Shown: positions 18,304 through 28,268 of the stretch, piece by piece
How positions within the stretch are numbered: the first letter of the stretch is position 1
Layout: each line of letters opens with the position of its first letter
Source of the DNA: Rhodothermales bacterium
GTDB lineage: Bacteria; Bacteroidota; Rhodothermia; Rhodothermales; Bin80
DNA length: 64,000 nt
NCBI GenBank assembly: GCA_022820435.1
Contig: JAJEFL010000126.1
Location: 4,419 to 68,418, forward strand
Direction: 5' to 3'
Position numbers and translations under genes: made by a program
Notes under the pieces: model-generated
Database searches by the model: none
Seen by the model: the letters and a program-made list of their open reading frames with translations, nothing else
What the model was told of the DNA's origin: nothing

Positions 18304-18705
18304 TCAACCCTGTATCTCCCAGAGTGTTTGCATGGGGAAGCGAAGGATCAGTTGTCCCTTCAACTTTGAAGGATCGAAATTGATGAATCCATGCGCCAGA
18401 TAGATCTCGGAAGGGAGGCAGCGCCAGAGGAATTTGAGTTCCCGGTCTCCCTGACGGTAATCATGTGTAAGGATCAATCCGACCAGCTGCTCTCGGCCAG
18501 AGCCCACAAATACATCCACTTCGGCCCCGTCGGAACTTGTCGTATTGCGGATGAATCCGTAATCCATCGGGTAAATAATTTCGGGATACCGCGGATGGGG
18601 GGTTTTTGCGGGGCGGTCCAGCAGGACTCCCTGGGAGAGAATTAATCTCTCCCAGCGATCCCACGGGAACCGGTCTTGCAATAACGCCGCATAGGCATCG
18701 GTCAT
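18304..18705 (-). CDS. inorganic pyrophosphatase-like small protein
   Basis: YPMDYGFIRNTTSSDGAEVDVFV resembles the family I PPase metal-binding segment (YGFIP.T...DGDP.DV). ATGA overlap with the aspS stop. Confidence 0.55.
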   Translation of the reverse strand: MTDAYAALLQDRFPWDRWERLILSQGVLLDRPAKTPHPRYPEIIYPMDYGFIRNTTSSDGAEVDVFVGSGREQLVGLILTHDYRQGDRELKFLWRCLPSEIYLAHGFINFDPSKLKGQLILRFPMQTLWEIQG

Positions 18706-20531
18706 TCGGACTTCGGGATGGACTGAATGTTTAACTCCTGAAGTCGATCCGGCTCCACCGTTGAGGGGGTGCCGGACATGGGTTCCTGTGCACTCTGTGT
18801 CTTTGGAAATGCAATCACATCCCGAAGCGAGGTGGATCTGGAGAGCAGCATGACAATCCGGTCCAGTCCCATTGCGATGCCCCCGTGCGGCGGCGCACCG
18901 TAACGCAGTGCGTTCAATAAGAATCCAAACCGTTCTTCACTCTCCTTTTCGGGAATTCCCAGCGCATCAAACATTTGCTTTTGAACGTTTTTGTCATGGA
19001 TACGAATGGAGCCTCCACCGATCTCCATGCCATTGAGCACGATATCATAGGCGCGGGCCCGAACATGTGCGGGATCATGTTGGAGTAACTCCAGATCCTC
19101 TGTTCTTGGGGAGGTAAACGGATGATGCATGGCGGAATAGCGTTTTTCGCGTTCATCCCATTGCAGGAGCGGGAATTCAGTGATCCATGCAAACGTCCAC
19201 GCGCGTTCATCAATGCTGCCAAGTTCACGGGCCATATGCAGGCGCAGGGTTCCCATCTGCTCCTGCACAGTGGGCCATTTACCGCACAGAACGAGCAGGA
19301 GATCACCGGTGTCAGCCCCGGATGACTGGATTGCCCCGGCGACAAATTCATCGGGAAGTACATGCGCTTTTACCGAGCAGTTAGGCGGGGTGCCGTCGGA
19401 GGGGATCCGCACATGAATCAGCCCGCCGGCTCCGATTTGTTTACGCACCACGGTTTTGTCCAGACGATCCATGTAGCCTCGTCCTTTATTGCCAAATCCA
19501 GGAATGACCAGTCCCAATACCGATCCCCCTGCCGAGAGTGCCTGATCAAATACACGGAATCCCGAATTCTCAAAGGTAGAACTGAGATTACATATCGGAA
19601 GATCAAACCGGAGGTCTGGCTTATCCGAGCCGTATTTCCAGAGTGCATCCTGATAGGTCAGGCGTGGGAAGGGGGTCGGGATCGTAACTCCGAGCACTTC
19701 CTCCCAGAGCATGGCCATCAGTCCTTCGGTCAGGGAATAGATCGCCTCTTCGGTTGCGAAGGCCATCTCTACATCAATCTGAGTGAATTCTGGCTGCCGG
19801 TCCGCACGGAGGTCTTCATCCCGGAAGCATTTTACGATCTGAACATATTTATCCAGTCCTCCAATCATCAATAACTGCTTATAGGTCTGTGGACTCTGCG
19901 GAAGGGCATAGAAAGATCCCGGGTGCACTCGACTTGGAACCAGATAGTCACGAGCCCCTTCGGGGGTTGATTTCATGAGGGTTGGGGTTTCCACTTCAAG
20001 GAAGCCCTCTGCATCAAAATAGCGGTGAATCACCTGATATACCTGATGCCGCAGGATCATTTTGTTGCGTAAATCGGGTCTCCTGAGATCAAGATAGCGG
20101 TACTTCAGGCGCAGATCTTCAGAGGCCAGCTTCGCTTTTTGCGTATGGCTGGAAATTGAAAATGGCGGAGGTTCGGATTCGGCAAGAATGAGGAGACTCG
20201 TCACCCGCACCTCAATCTTTCCTGTTGCCAATTTGGGGTTTACGGTTTCTTCTGAGCGCAAGGAGACCGTCCCCGTAATGGAGATCACATATTCGCTGCG
20301 CAGGCGGTCTGCAAATTCGTGTGCAGCGGGATTATCCTGTGGTGAGAATACAATTTGTGTCAGACCATAGCGATCCCGGAGGTCAATGAAAATAACCCCT
20401 CCCAAATCACGTCGTGTATCCACCCATCCTTTCAGGACAACTTGCTCACCCAGGTGGAACTCCGAGAGTTCGCCGCAGGTATGGGTTCGATCTGGATGCT
20501 GATTTGTCGTATTCTCAGAAAAGCTAGACAT
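18702..20531 (-). CDS. aspS: aspartate--tRNA ligase
   Basis: 609 aa with an OB-fold N-terminus, the class II motifs FRDEDLRADRQPEFTQID and GGGSIRIH, and GLDRIVMLL. Confidence 0.95.
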   Translation of the reverse strand: MSSFSENTTNQHPDRTHTCGELSEFHLGEQVVLKGWVDTRRDLGGVIFIDLRDRYGLTQIVFSPQDNPAAHEFADRLRSEYVISITGTVSLRSEETVNPKLATGKIEVRVTSLLILAESEPPPFSISSHTQKAKLASEDLRLKYRYLDLRRPDLRNKMILRHQVYQVIHRYFDAEGFLEVETPTLMKSTPEGARDYLVPSRVHPGSFYALPQSPQTYKQLLMIGGLDKYVQIVKCFRDEDLRADRQPEFTQIDVEMAFATEEAIYSLTEGLMAMLWEEVLGVTIPTPFPRLTYQDALWKYGSDKPDLRFDLPICNLSSTFENSGFRVFDQALSAGGSVLGLVIPGFGNKGRGYMDRLDKTVVRKQIGAGGLIHVRIPSDGTPPNCSVKAHVLPDEFVAGAIQSSGADTGDLLLVLCGKWPTVQEQMGTLRLHMARELGSIDERAWTFAWITEFPLLQWDEREKRYSAMHHPFTSPRTEDLELLQHDPAHVRARAYDIVLNGMEIGGGSIRIHDKNVQKQMFDALGIPEKESEERFGFLLNALRYGAPPHGGIAMGLDRIVMLLSRSTSLRDVIAFPKTQSAQEPMSGTPSTVEPDRLQELNIQSIPKSE

Positions 20532-20675
20532 CGTTATTCAGTATATTTTCGGTCACTGCCACAAGCACAACCGGCAAATATACCGAATGGGAAGGTGGCA
20601 GTCGCCATTATTACCAGAAGATTTCGTAAAATCAGTCAAACTCCGTATTTTACGCCGCTACGTCCAAAAAGAAAT

Positions 20676-22178
20676 ATGGCAACCAACATTAAACCCGCAC
20701 ACGCCGCACAATGGTTCGGCCATCCCCGTGGGCTTTCTACGTTATTCTTTACCGAACTCTGGGAGCGGTTCAGTTATTACGGTATGCGAGCACTTCTGGT
20801 GCTTTTCATGACGACTGCGGCTGCAGAGGGGAATCCAGGATTGGATTTCGGGGAAGGGAAGGCAGGCGCAATCTATGGTCTATACACATTCTTCGTGTAC
20901 GTTCTGGCACTGCCTGGCGGTTGGATTGCAGATAATCTCTGGGGGCAGCGGAAGGCGGTTTTTGTAGGGGGATGCATTATTGCGCTGGGGCACTTCACGA
21001 TGGCAGGTCCTCTGGTCGGCCTTCCGGATAACGGCAGTTTTTTTCTGGGATTGATGTTCATTGTCATCGGGACGGGCCTGCTGAAGCCGAATGTAAGCAC
21101 CATGGTGGGGGATTTATACCCCGAGGGGGGCGCAAGACGGGATGCAGGTTTCTCAATTTTTTATACGGGAATCAACCTTGGGGCATTTGCCGGCCCCATT
21201 CTGACGGGATGGCTGGGCGAATCCTACAATTGGCATTATGGATTTTCTCTGGCGGGCATCGGCATGATTCTCGGACTGATCCAGTACCGACTGGGCACAA
21301 AATATCTGGGGGAGGCGGGTCTCTTGAAGTCAGATGCCTCTGAAGATGCACTGAAGCAAAAAACGCGTATCACGTACATCGTGTTGGCGGGTTCATTCAT
21401 CGTCGCTGCGGTAGCGGGCACATTGCTTTTGCGGACCCTTTCTCTGGAGGTACTCGCTACAGCACTTGGATATGCAGTGATTGTAATTGCGGTGGCATTC
21501 TTTGCCTACCTGCTCATGTTCACCAATCACACCAGATTAGAGAAGAAGCGCCTGGTGGTCATTTTCTGGTTATTTATTCTGGCTGCGATTTTCTGGTCGG
21601 GATTTGAGCAGGCAGGGTCATCGCTCAACCTGTTTGCCCGGGATTCAACGGATCGGATGCTGGGGGGGTGGGAGTTGCCGGCCAGTTGGCTTCAATCGGT
21701 CAACTCTACCTTCATCATCATTCTTGCCCCGGTGTTTGGATCTCTCTGGGTTACGCTGGCCAGGCTGAAACGGAATCCATCGATTCCCGCCAAATTTGCC
21801 ATTGGGCTGTTAGGGTTGGCGGCAGGCTTTTTTGTCATTGCCTGGGGCGCGGCGAATGCGGAGGATGGTTCTCTGGTTTCGCCGGTCTGGCTGGTGGTCA
21901 TGTACTTTCTGCACACAGTGGGAGAATTAAGTCTGAGTCCGGTTGGACTCTCTTCCATTACCAAGTTGGCACCTGCAGGAAGGGTCGGGCAGATGATGGG
22001 GATCTGGTTTATTGGAACCGCATTGGGCAACCTGTTTGCCGGGCTTGTTGCCGGGCAGCTGGAGACGTTAAATGCGGCGGCTCTCTTTGGGAATGTTGCG
22101 ATGATTATTGGTGTTTCCGGGGTCGTAGCGCTTGCCGCATTTCCATGGATCAAGCGGCTGATGGGCGAGGTGGATTAG
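20676..22178 (+). CDS. proton-dependent oligopeptide transporter (POT/PTR2 family MFS)
   Basis: The track ORF starts inside aspS. The realistic start is ATG 20676, giving MATNIKPAHAAQWFGHPRGLSTLFFTELWERFSYYGMRALLVLFM (ExxERFxYYG PTR2 signature). Confidence 0.85.
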   Translation: MATNIKPAHAAQWFGHPRGLSTLFFTELWERFSYYGMRALLVLFMTTAAAEGNPGLDFGEGKAGAIYGLYTFFVYVLALPGGWIADNLWGQRKAVFVGGCIIALGHFTMAGPLVGLPDNGSFFLGLMFIVIGTGLLKPNVSTMVGDLYPEGGARRDAGFSIFYTGINLGAFAGPILTGWLGESYNWHYGFSLAGIGMILGLIQYRLGTKYLGEAGLLKSDASEDALKQKTRITYIVLAGSFIVAAVAGTLLLRTLSLEVLATALGYAVIVIAVAFFAYLLMFTNHTRLEKKRLVVIFWLFILAAIFWSGFEQAGSSLNLFARDSTDRMLGGWELPASWLQSVNSTFIIILAPVFGSLWVTLARLKRNPSIPAKFAIGLLGLAAGFFVIAWGAANAEDGSLVSPVWLVVMYFLHTVGELSLSPVGLSSITKLAPAGRVGQMMGIWFIGTALGNLFAGLVAGQLETLNAAALFGNVAMIIGVSGVVALAAFPWIKRLMGEVD

Positions 22179-22446
22179 ACTGCATCTGCCAGATCGGGTA
22201 GTTTCAATGATGAAATTCCACATGGATTCTTGGTCGTGATGGAATCCTGTCAGATGAAGTTGACCGCCCGACAGAAATATGGAATGCAGAAAAAACGATC
22301 ACTGTCATACGCAATTCGGCTCCACGGTTCGCTACTCTCCCTGTTATGCGTGCTGCCATGAAATGAAACTTTTTGGTGGTTCCAGAGAAACACACAGCTG
22401 ATACTGGATATTTGTATCCTCCGCAATATTTTCATCTTCAATTTTT

Positions 22447-23592
22447 ATGCAACTGTCTCCGTCCAGGTCATCGGAATTAGGCACGATCCATGTTGTTGGG
22501 CGATACCCTCCTCCGATAGACGGTCAGAGTTTAGCGACTCAATGTCTTGCGGATATGCTTCAGTCAGATTACAGGGTTAGGCGATTTAATATGACACTCG
22601 CGGATCAAGCTTTACTATCGTCAGGGTTTTCTGGAGCGCTAAGTACAATCGGACATTATCTGGGATTGAAGCCAAAATTAAAGGAAATTCTATCCGATGG
22701 CAATCTGGTGCTATGGGCAAGTATTTCCAGTCAACCATTCGGGCACTGGCGTGATCTTCTGGTTGTAATGTCATGCCTAAGTCCAGTTCAATCCCTGATT
22801 CCAGTAGTTCATTGGGGGAATTTTTCTCAACTATTCACTCATTGGAGCACTAAAATTACAGCAAGACACCTCATTCGCAGGGTAAATCAGGTTGTGGTAC
22901 TGAGTAACGAATTGGCAAACCAAATTGCGCGCTGGATTCCGGCAGACAAACTTTATGTGATTCCGAATTATGTGCAACCACTTGCCACAGAAGATGAACT
23001 TCAAATCAAACGCGAAAAATATTCCCTTTCAAAGACGCTCAGGGTTCTATTTCTGAGTCATATGATCAAAGAAAAAGGATGTTACGATCTTTTGCATGGA
23101 ATCTCAATTGCAGCCAGGGAAGGACTTTCAGTCGAGGCACATTTTGCCGGACGATGGAATAACAGTCAGGATGAAGAGCATTTCCATCGTGCAGTCAACC
23201 AGTTGGGGTTGACGAAATACGTTATCGTTCATGGGCCAATCACAGATCGGACATTCGTTGCCAGGCTTCATCGAGAAGCAGATGTGTTTGTGCTTCCGAG
23301 CTTCCTTCATCATGAAGCTCAACCTTTAGCAATAGTGGAGGCACTTAGCGCAGCAACTCCGGTAATTATTACCAATCGTCCTGTTTTTGAGGCAGTTGTT
23401 GGTTCTAAACAGGGGGCTTTACTGGTTCCTCCCCATAATCCACCGGCGATTGCAAAAGCTTTACAGTCGCTCGGTGACCAAGAGATGTGGCTGAATTGCT
23501 CGTTAGCTGTACGGAAGCACTATGAAACCGTCTATAGTCCAGAGGCCGTTCGGAAGCGATGGATTGGCCTTATAGAAAAGGTCTCCGGGTAA
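22447..23592 (+). CDS. glycosyltransferase, GT4 family
   Basis: C-terminal GT-B pattern: ADVFVLPSFLHHEAQPLAIVEALSAATPVIITN (E-x7-E region). Confidence 0.8.
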   Translation: MQLSPSRSSELGTIHVVGRYPPPIDGQSLATQCLADMLQSDYRVRRFNMTLADQALLSSGFSGALSTIGHYLGLKPKLKEILSDGNLVLWASISSQPFGHWRDLLVVMSCLSPVQSLIPVVHWGNFSQLFTHWSTKITARHLIRRVNQVVVLSNELANQIARWIPADKLYVIPNYVQPLATEDELQIKREKYSLSKTLRVLFLSHMIKEKGCYDLLHGISIAAREGLSVEAHFAGRWNNSQDEEHFHRAVNQLGLTKYVIVHGPITDRTFVARLHREADVFVLPSFLHHEAQPLAIVEALSAATPVIITNRPVFEAVVGSKQGALLVPPHNPPAIAKALQSLGDQEMWLNCSLAVRKHYETVYSPEAVRKRWIGLIEKVSG

Positions 23593-23903
23593 TGGCGAAC
23601 CTATCCCATAATTGGCTCTGCTGTACTATCTGTTCAGATAGATTGATTTTGTCCGTAAGGTGGTTTGATCAGTCCTTCAAACTTTGGATTAATCCTGTAT
23701 TTTGAGTCTCAAGTCGCCGGTAGACTTAGATATGCTGGATAATGAATTTCTTCTACAAATTGATCTTGTAGCATGACTCCTCCTTTTCTGGATTCTGGTC
23801 TTACGGGAAGAGATCATTATCATTCAAAGTATGTGAATTCACTTGAACGCCAAGCAGAATGGCTCCGTAGAGGGCAAAGCAGAAGGCAGACGCAATCTGT
23901 GCA

Positions 23904-24542
23904 TTGCTCAACCGAAATGGATTGGAGCCAGCGTCCGTTATGGATATTGGCTGCGGAACGGGTGCAGTAATTGCAGAACTCCAGCACCGAGAGATAGCTG
24001 GATCTTACTACGCGGTAGATTATTCAGTTGAGGCCATAGCATTCATAAAGGAAAATCTGCCAGGTGTGCACACGGTGGCAGGAGATATAACGGAAGTGAA
24101 TTTTGCCGAATTGTTCGGAAAGCAGGAATTTGACTTGGTTATCTGCAGCCATGTTTTGGAACATCTTGAGCATCCTTTACAATTCCTGGATGCCTTAGTA
24201 GATCTTACTTGGGGCAGTTTTATCGCTGAAGTGCCCTTGGAGAATTTAGTTTTCGGAAGAATCAAAGGAGCATTCCAGGATCGGAGCAGACACCCCGCTG
24301 GACATGTTCAATTCTTCAATAAGTCAGATTTCTCTGGGTTAATTTCCCGTGCAGGGCTGGACATCGTTGATGCATATGTCTACGCGCCGTTCTTCAACAG
24401 GCAGACCATCAAAGCTGTTTACAGCAATTGCAGTCAAGTTCAATATTTCCTTAAAATGTGTACGGAGCATTATTTCCCCAGATATGGTAGCATGCTGTGG
24501 TCCAGGCTTTATCATGCTCATATGGCGGTTCTCTGCCATTAA
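23904..24542 (+). CDS. class I SAM-dependent methyltransferase (probably frameshifted; N-terminal piece in ORF 23773..)
   Basis: The VMDIGCGTGAV motif I lies only ~13 aa after the TTG start. A plausible N-terminus sits in another frame starting at ATG 23773 (see finding). Confidence 0.7.
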   Translation: MLNRNGLEPASVMDIGCGTGAVIAELQHREIAGSYYAVDYSVEAIAFIKENLPGVHTVAGDITEVNFAELFGKQEFDLVICSHVLEHLEHPLQFLDALVDLTWGSFIAEVPLENLVFGRIKGAFQDRSRHPAGHVQFFNKSDFSGLISRAGLDIVDAYVYAPFFNRQTIKAVYSNCSQVQYFLKMCTEHYFPRYGSMLWSRLYHAHMAVLCH

Positions 24543-24768
24543 TCCCATCTGGTCTGTTCCTGTGTTGGTGGAGCAGGTATATGCTCAATGGATGAATACT
24601 CTAAGACTTCGTGGGTGGACGCAGGATCTCTGAAATATGGTCTAGATCGCTCCTTCTGCTACCCGAAAAGCCAACTGTCAGGCAGGCATAGGAGTTACGG
24701 GATCAATAAGCACATCCCTAAACGAAGACAATCTCGGTAATTGTATATTATTCTCCAGTGCCTGAATT

Positions 24769-25512
24769 TCAATCTGTTCTTAAGTAGGTTACCTTCGTCG
24801 CAGAGGTATGTATGGGAACATAGGATGCGTTCGTAAAATCATTTACGAGGCATCTGAGGCGTTTGGCGGCACCCGAATCCCCTGGAGAGTGGAGTTCATC
24901 GAAATTAATGCAAATTACTTTGGGTCTTTGACCGGCTTCAAACCAAGATCGAATCACCTCGTACTCAGCTCCCTCAATATTCAATTTTAAGAATTGGATT
25001 GAATCTCCTTGAATTTGCGCAATGACATCGTTTGGCGAAAGAACTTTTGCCTCAAAATATTCAGATGTATTCTGAAGATTCACGACTGAATGACTTACAT
25101 GATCAAGGTTCGAGGGCGCATAGAAGCGTATCATTTTAGACTCTGACCACGCGCCGTAAGGATGGAAGGTGATCAATTCTCGTTGCATAACATCTGAAGG
25201 TTCGGAGAGGATCCGTTCGCAATAGTTAATTGACCGGGGGGTGGGGTCAAAAATATGTACTTGCGCTCCCAGTTCTTCTGCTATGGCAATCTCAAAACTG
25301 ACATCTTCTCCCGCACCGAAGGATACGCCGGTTGCGTTACGAACGATATCCGGGGGAACGGCGTATCCTCCATAGGCTGATCCGTAGTAGACCATCTTTA
25401 GATCGGTCCTCGTCCGTGGTAATCCGATACGATAGAACCGGATCCGGTCTCTCAGAGTCTTCAGAGTGGCTGCTAGAGGAGTGGGAATAATTTTCTTTAT
25501 GGATTGGTTCAT
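24769..25512 (-). CDS. FkbM-family methyltransferase
   Basis: GVSFGAGEDVSFEIA, HIFDPTP and FLKLNIEGAEYEVI are typical of FkbM. The start was taken at MNQSIKK. Confidence 0.8.
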   Translation of the reverse strand: MNQSIKKIIPTPLAATLKTLRDRIRFYRIGLPRTRTDLKMVYYGSAYGGYAVPPDIVRNATGVSFGAGEDVSFEIAIAEELGAQVHIFDPTPRSINYCERILSEPSDVMQRELITFHPYGAWSESKMIRFYAPSNLDHVSHSVVNLQNTSEYFEAKVLSPNDVIAQIQGDSIQFLKLNIEGAEYEVIRSWFEAGQRPKVICINFDELHSPGDSGAAKRLRCLVNDFTNASYVPIHTSATKVTYLRTD

Positions 25513-25872
25513 ATCAAGCCTGAATACTTTTACATAGCGGTTCTTACAGAACGAATAATTCAGACACAAAAGCACTTTGAGACACCCTCAGGTCAATAAA
25601 TATATTCAAGGCTGGAAGTTTTGCAAGAGTTCGCATATTTACCCGGGTACTATTGGTTTCAGACAGGGTATTCATGGATGGCGATAGCCTGATTGACCGG
25701 GTCCATCCATATAGAATCAATCTTGAATCGCATCTTAAAAGATCGGCTGTCGTGAACAAAGATGCGATGAACTTACAGGCCATCCCTCTTTCTGCTTAAA
25801 CATGAATATCCTGATACAGGTTCCAAATATATTTTCTGTAAATCAGGTGGACTTCCATTTGGCGTTCTTCGT

Positions 25873-27021
25873 TCAGATGTGTGATTCTGCATATTCAATG
25901 GCTTGGATCAAGCCGTCAATCATTCCCTGTACCTGAAGATGCGATTGTGCATAGTCATATGCATGAGATGAAAAGGTTGCGTGATTTTCGAAGATCGTCA
26001 TTGTTGCGTTCACAAGTGCGTTGAGATCATCGTAAGATGCCAGCATCCCGTTAACACCGGGCTTCAGATATGTGATCTCGGGGCTGTGGTAGCGGATTTT
26101 CGGGTCAGGGCTGGTGCAGGTGACCACCGGAAGTCCCAGACAAAATGCGTGGTTCACATTTAATCCAACATATCCCGGACATACCATAACATCCGCTGCA
26201 TATATCCAGGGGGCAGAGTCTTCCAGGTTTGGAATTGTTCCAGGGAAGAAGACATTGCTCAGATTTTCACTCTGAGTGCGGGCCATCAATCGGTTTCGCT
26301 CTGGACCATCTCCAATCAAAACGAGAGAGGCTTCGCCTTCTCTACTCAATGCTTTGTGCAGGTTGAGTAGTACTTCGGGTCGCTTACCCGCAATAAGACG
26401 CCCGATAAATACCACAGTTCTGCCCTTTACAGGTATACCGAGGCGGGCACGGATAAAATCTTTTCCCTTCGCATCCAGAATCTGGTAGATCCCAAACAAT
26501 CTGTCTGTGTCTAATGTATTGCGGGCGACAAAACGGCGTTCAGGGGGAACATAGGGTTTGAGCAGGTCTGCAATTTCGTCGGTGTAGCAGACACAGCCAT
26601 CCGTGCGTTTGGCTAGTGCAATTCGATAGCGGTCAAGCAGGTTTCGTCCTGAAAATGTCCGTCGATTCGACGAAAAATGCCCCCAGAGCAATGTGCGAAT
26701 ATGTTTTGCCCGCGCAACTGACAGTAACCACGGGAGTGAGATGGTGCGAGGTGATTCCTCTGCAAGAATTACAGCGGGATCGCATTCAAAAATGGGCTGT
26801 GAATTTTGGATCAGTGCCCTCTGGTTGCCAATCCATCTGTTTTTCAGATCCACGCACTGGTAGGTTGGAGAGGAGCCACGAGACAGATTTTCAAAAGAAG
26901 TGTCACCGGCGATGCCTGCACACACGATAAGCCGTCCATCTAACTGTTCATTGAGTTTTTCTAGAATGGGGCGCCGATATTCCGGTACGAAACGTGCTAC
27001 ATAGACAATTGGGCGGTTCAT
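25873..27021 (-). CDS. glycosyltransferase, GT4 family
   Basis: GT-B C-terminal half: VVFIGRLIAGKRPEVLL...ADVMVCPGYVGLNVNHAFCLGLPVV. Confidence 0.8.
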   Translation of the reverse strand: MNRPIVYVARFVPEYRRPILEKLNEQLDGRLIVCAGIAGDTSFENLSRGSSPTYQCVDLKNRWIGNQRALIQNSQPIFECDPAVILAEESPRTISLPWLLSVARAKHIRTLLWGHFSSNRRTFSGRNLLDRYRIALAKRTDGCVCYTDEIADLLKPYVPPERRFVARNTLDTDRLFGIYQILDAKGKDFIRARLGIPVKGRTVVFIGRLIAGKRPEVLLNLHKALSREGEASLVLIGDGPERNRLMARTQSENLSNVFFPGTIPNLEDSAPWIYAADVMVCPGYVGLNVNHAFCLGLPVVTCTSPDPKIRYHSPEITYLKPGVNGMLASYDDLNALVNATMTIFENHATFSSHAYDYAQSHLQVQGMIDGLIQAIEYAESHI

Positions 27022-28193
27022 GCGGATGTCTGTTTAAGGATATGCTCAAATTGATTCGTTATTTTATTGATATCAAATTGTTCATCTGCCCATTTTCGAG
27101 CATTTTCACCTATGGTCCGACGCAATTCTGGTTCGTTAAGAAGCAGTTGGGTTTTCTGGACAAGCCCAGTGTAATCGTCTGGTTCGATAACAAACCCCGC
27201 CCCCGCGTTCTGAATAATCCGCGCCGCAAGATTTTCTTTGGGGATAGCCGCAAGAATTGGCCGGCCTGCACAGAGACAGGTCAGTACCTTTGATGGCACG
27301 GAAAACTGTCCAGCATCTTCGTTAAGTAAAACCAGGAGAAATTGTGCACTAGCATACATCGCAGATAGTTGGTCCACTTTCTGATAGGGTAGAACCGTTA
27401 GGTTATTGAGATTATGCTCAGCGATTGCTTTCGTAAGCCAATCCGCACCTGCCCCTTGGGAAACAACCACAATCTGGGCACGGATATCAATTTTTCGTGC
27501 AAGATGTAGCAGAATAGCGGGGTTATGCTTCATACTCAATGTGCCCGCATAAAGTAGAATGGGATGTTGATCAAGTTTATTTTTTCTCGCCCACATTGAG
27601 GGATCGCCTTGAACACTATCCAATGTGCCCCAGTTTTCAATCACATAGCAGCGATCAGGTAAAACCCCAAACTTCTGAAGGGCAGGAGTAAAATCCTCTG
27701 TGATTGAAATTACAGCATCACTCCTGCGAAGTAATCGTCCCTCAAGTGACTGAAAGTAGCGACCAATGACAGAGGAAAAAAGAGGAAGCTTTGATTTTAG
27801 AACTCTCGAAGTTGCCAATCCAATCAGGTCCTGCAGCCAAAACACAAACGGAATCCCGCTTTGTTTACATGATCGCAGGATGCGTTCCTGTGCATTTAGT
27901 GGTGCATTTGCAGAAATCACAATATCCGGTTTGAAACTTAGGACGGTCCGAGCCGCTAAGCGTCCATATTCCTGTTCCTGAATCCATCGCTGTACGAGAT
28001 TGTATTTATTCAGTGGGCGAGATGTCTGGATGGGCAGAGACTCAAAGGATGTAGCACGCTTACATACGTTATGTGGGGTCGTGATCAGATTGTCGCAATA
28101 GGCGTGTCCAACATCGTATCCACGATCATGAAGAGTTTGACTCAACGTAACGGGGAAGGCGTATGCTCCGAAATCGTGGATCAGTACTCGCAT
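27018..28193 (-). CDS. glycosyltransferase, GT4 family (WcaI/WbuB-like)
   Basis: The N-terminus MRVLIHDFGAYAFPVTLSQTL and the C-terminal GT-B pattern match. ATGA overlap with the downstream GT. Confidence 0.8.
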   Translation of the reverse strand: MRVLIHDFGAYAFPVTLSQTLHDRGYDVGHAYCDNLITTPHNVCKRATSFESLPIQTSRPLNKYNLVQRWIQEQEYGRLAARTVLSFKPDIVISANAPLNAQERILRSCKQSGIPFVFWLQDLIGLATSRVLKSKLPLFSSVIGRYFQSLEGRLLRRSDAVISITEDFTPALQKFGVLPDRCYVIENWGTLDSVQGDPSMWARKNKLDQHPILLYAGTLSMKHNPAILLHLARKIDIRAQIVVVSQGAGADWLTKAIAEHNLNNLTVLPYQKVDQLSAMYASAQFLLVLLNEDAGQFSVPSKVLTCLCAGRPILAAIPKENLAARIIQNAGAGFVIEPDDYTGLVQKTQLLLNEPELRRTIGENARKWADEQFDINKITNQFEHILKQTSA

Positions 28194-28268
28194 GATTCGA
28201 CAGATGAACCAGCAAGTTCGGCCTCATTTTCTGCACGGATCAAGGGATGCCATATGTATTTGAGAGGG

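Noticed and set aside
20355-20675. N-terminal 107-aa extension of the POT transporter ORF.
   Set aside because: It is the antisense shadow of the aspS 5' end. The conserved transporter sequence begins at Met 20676.
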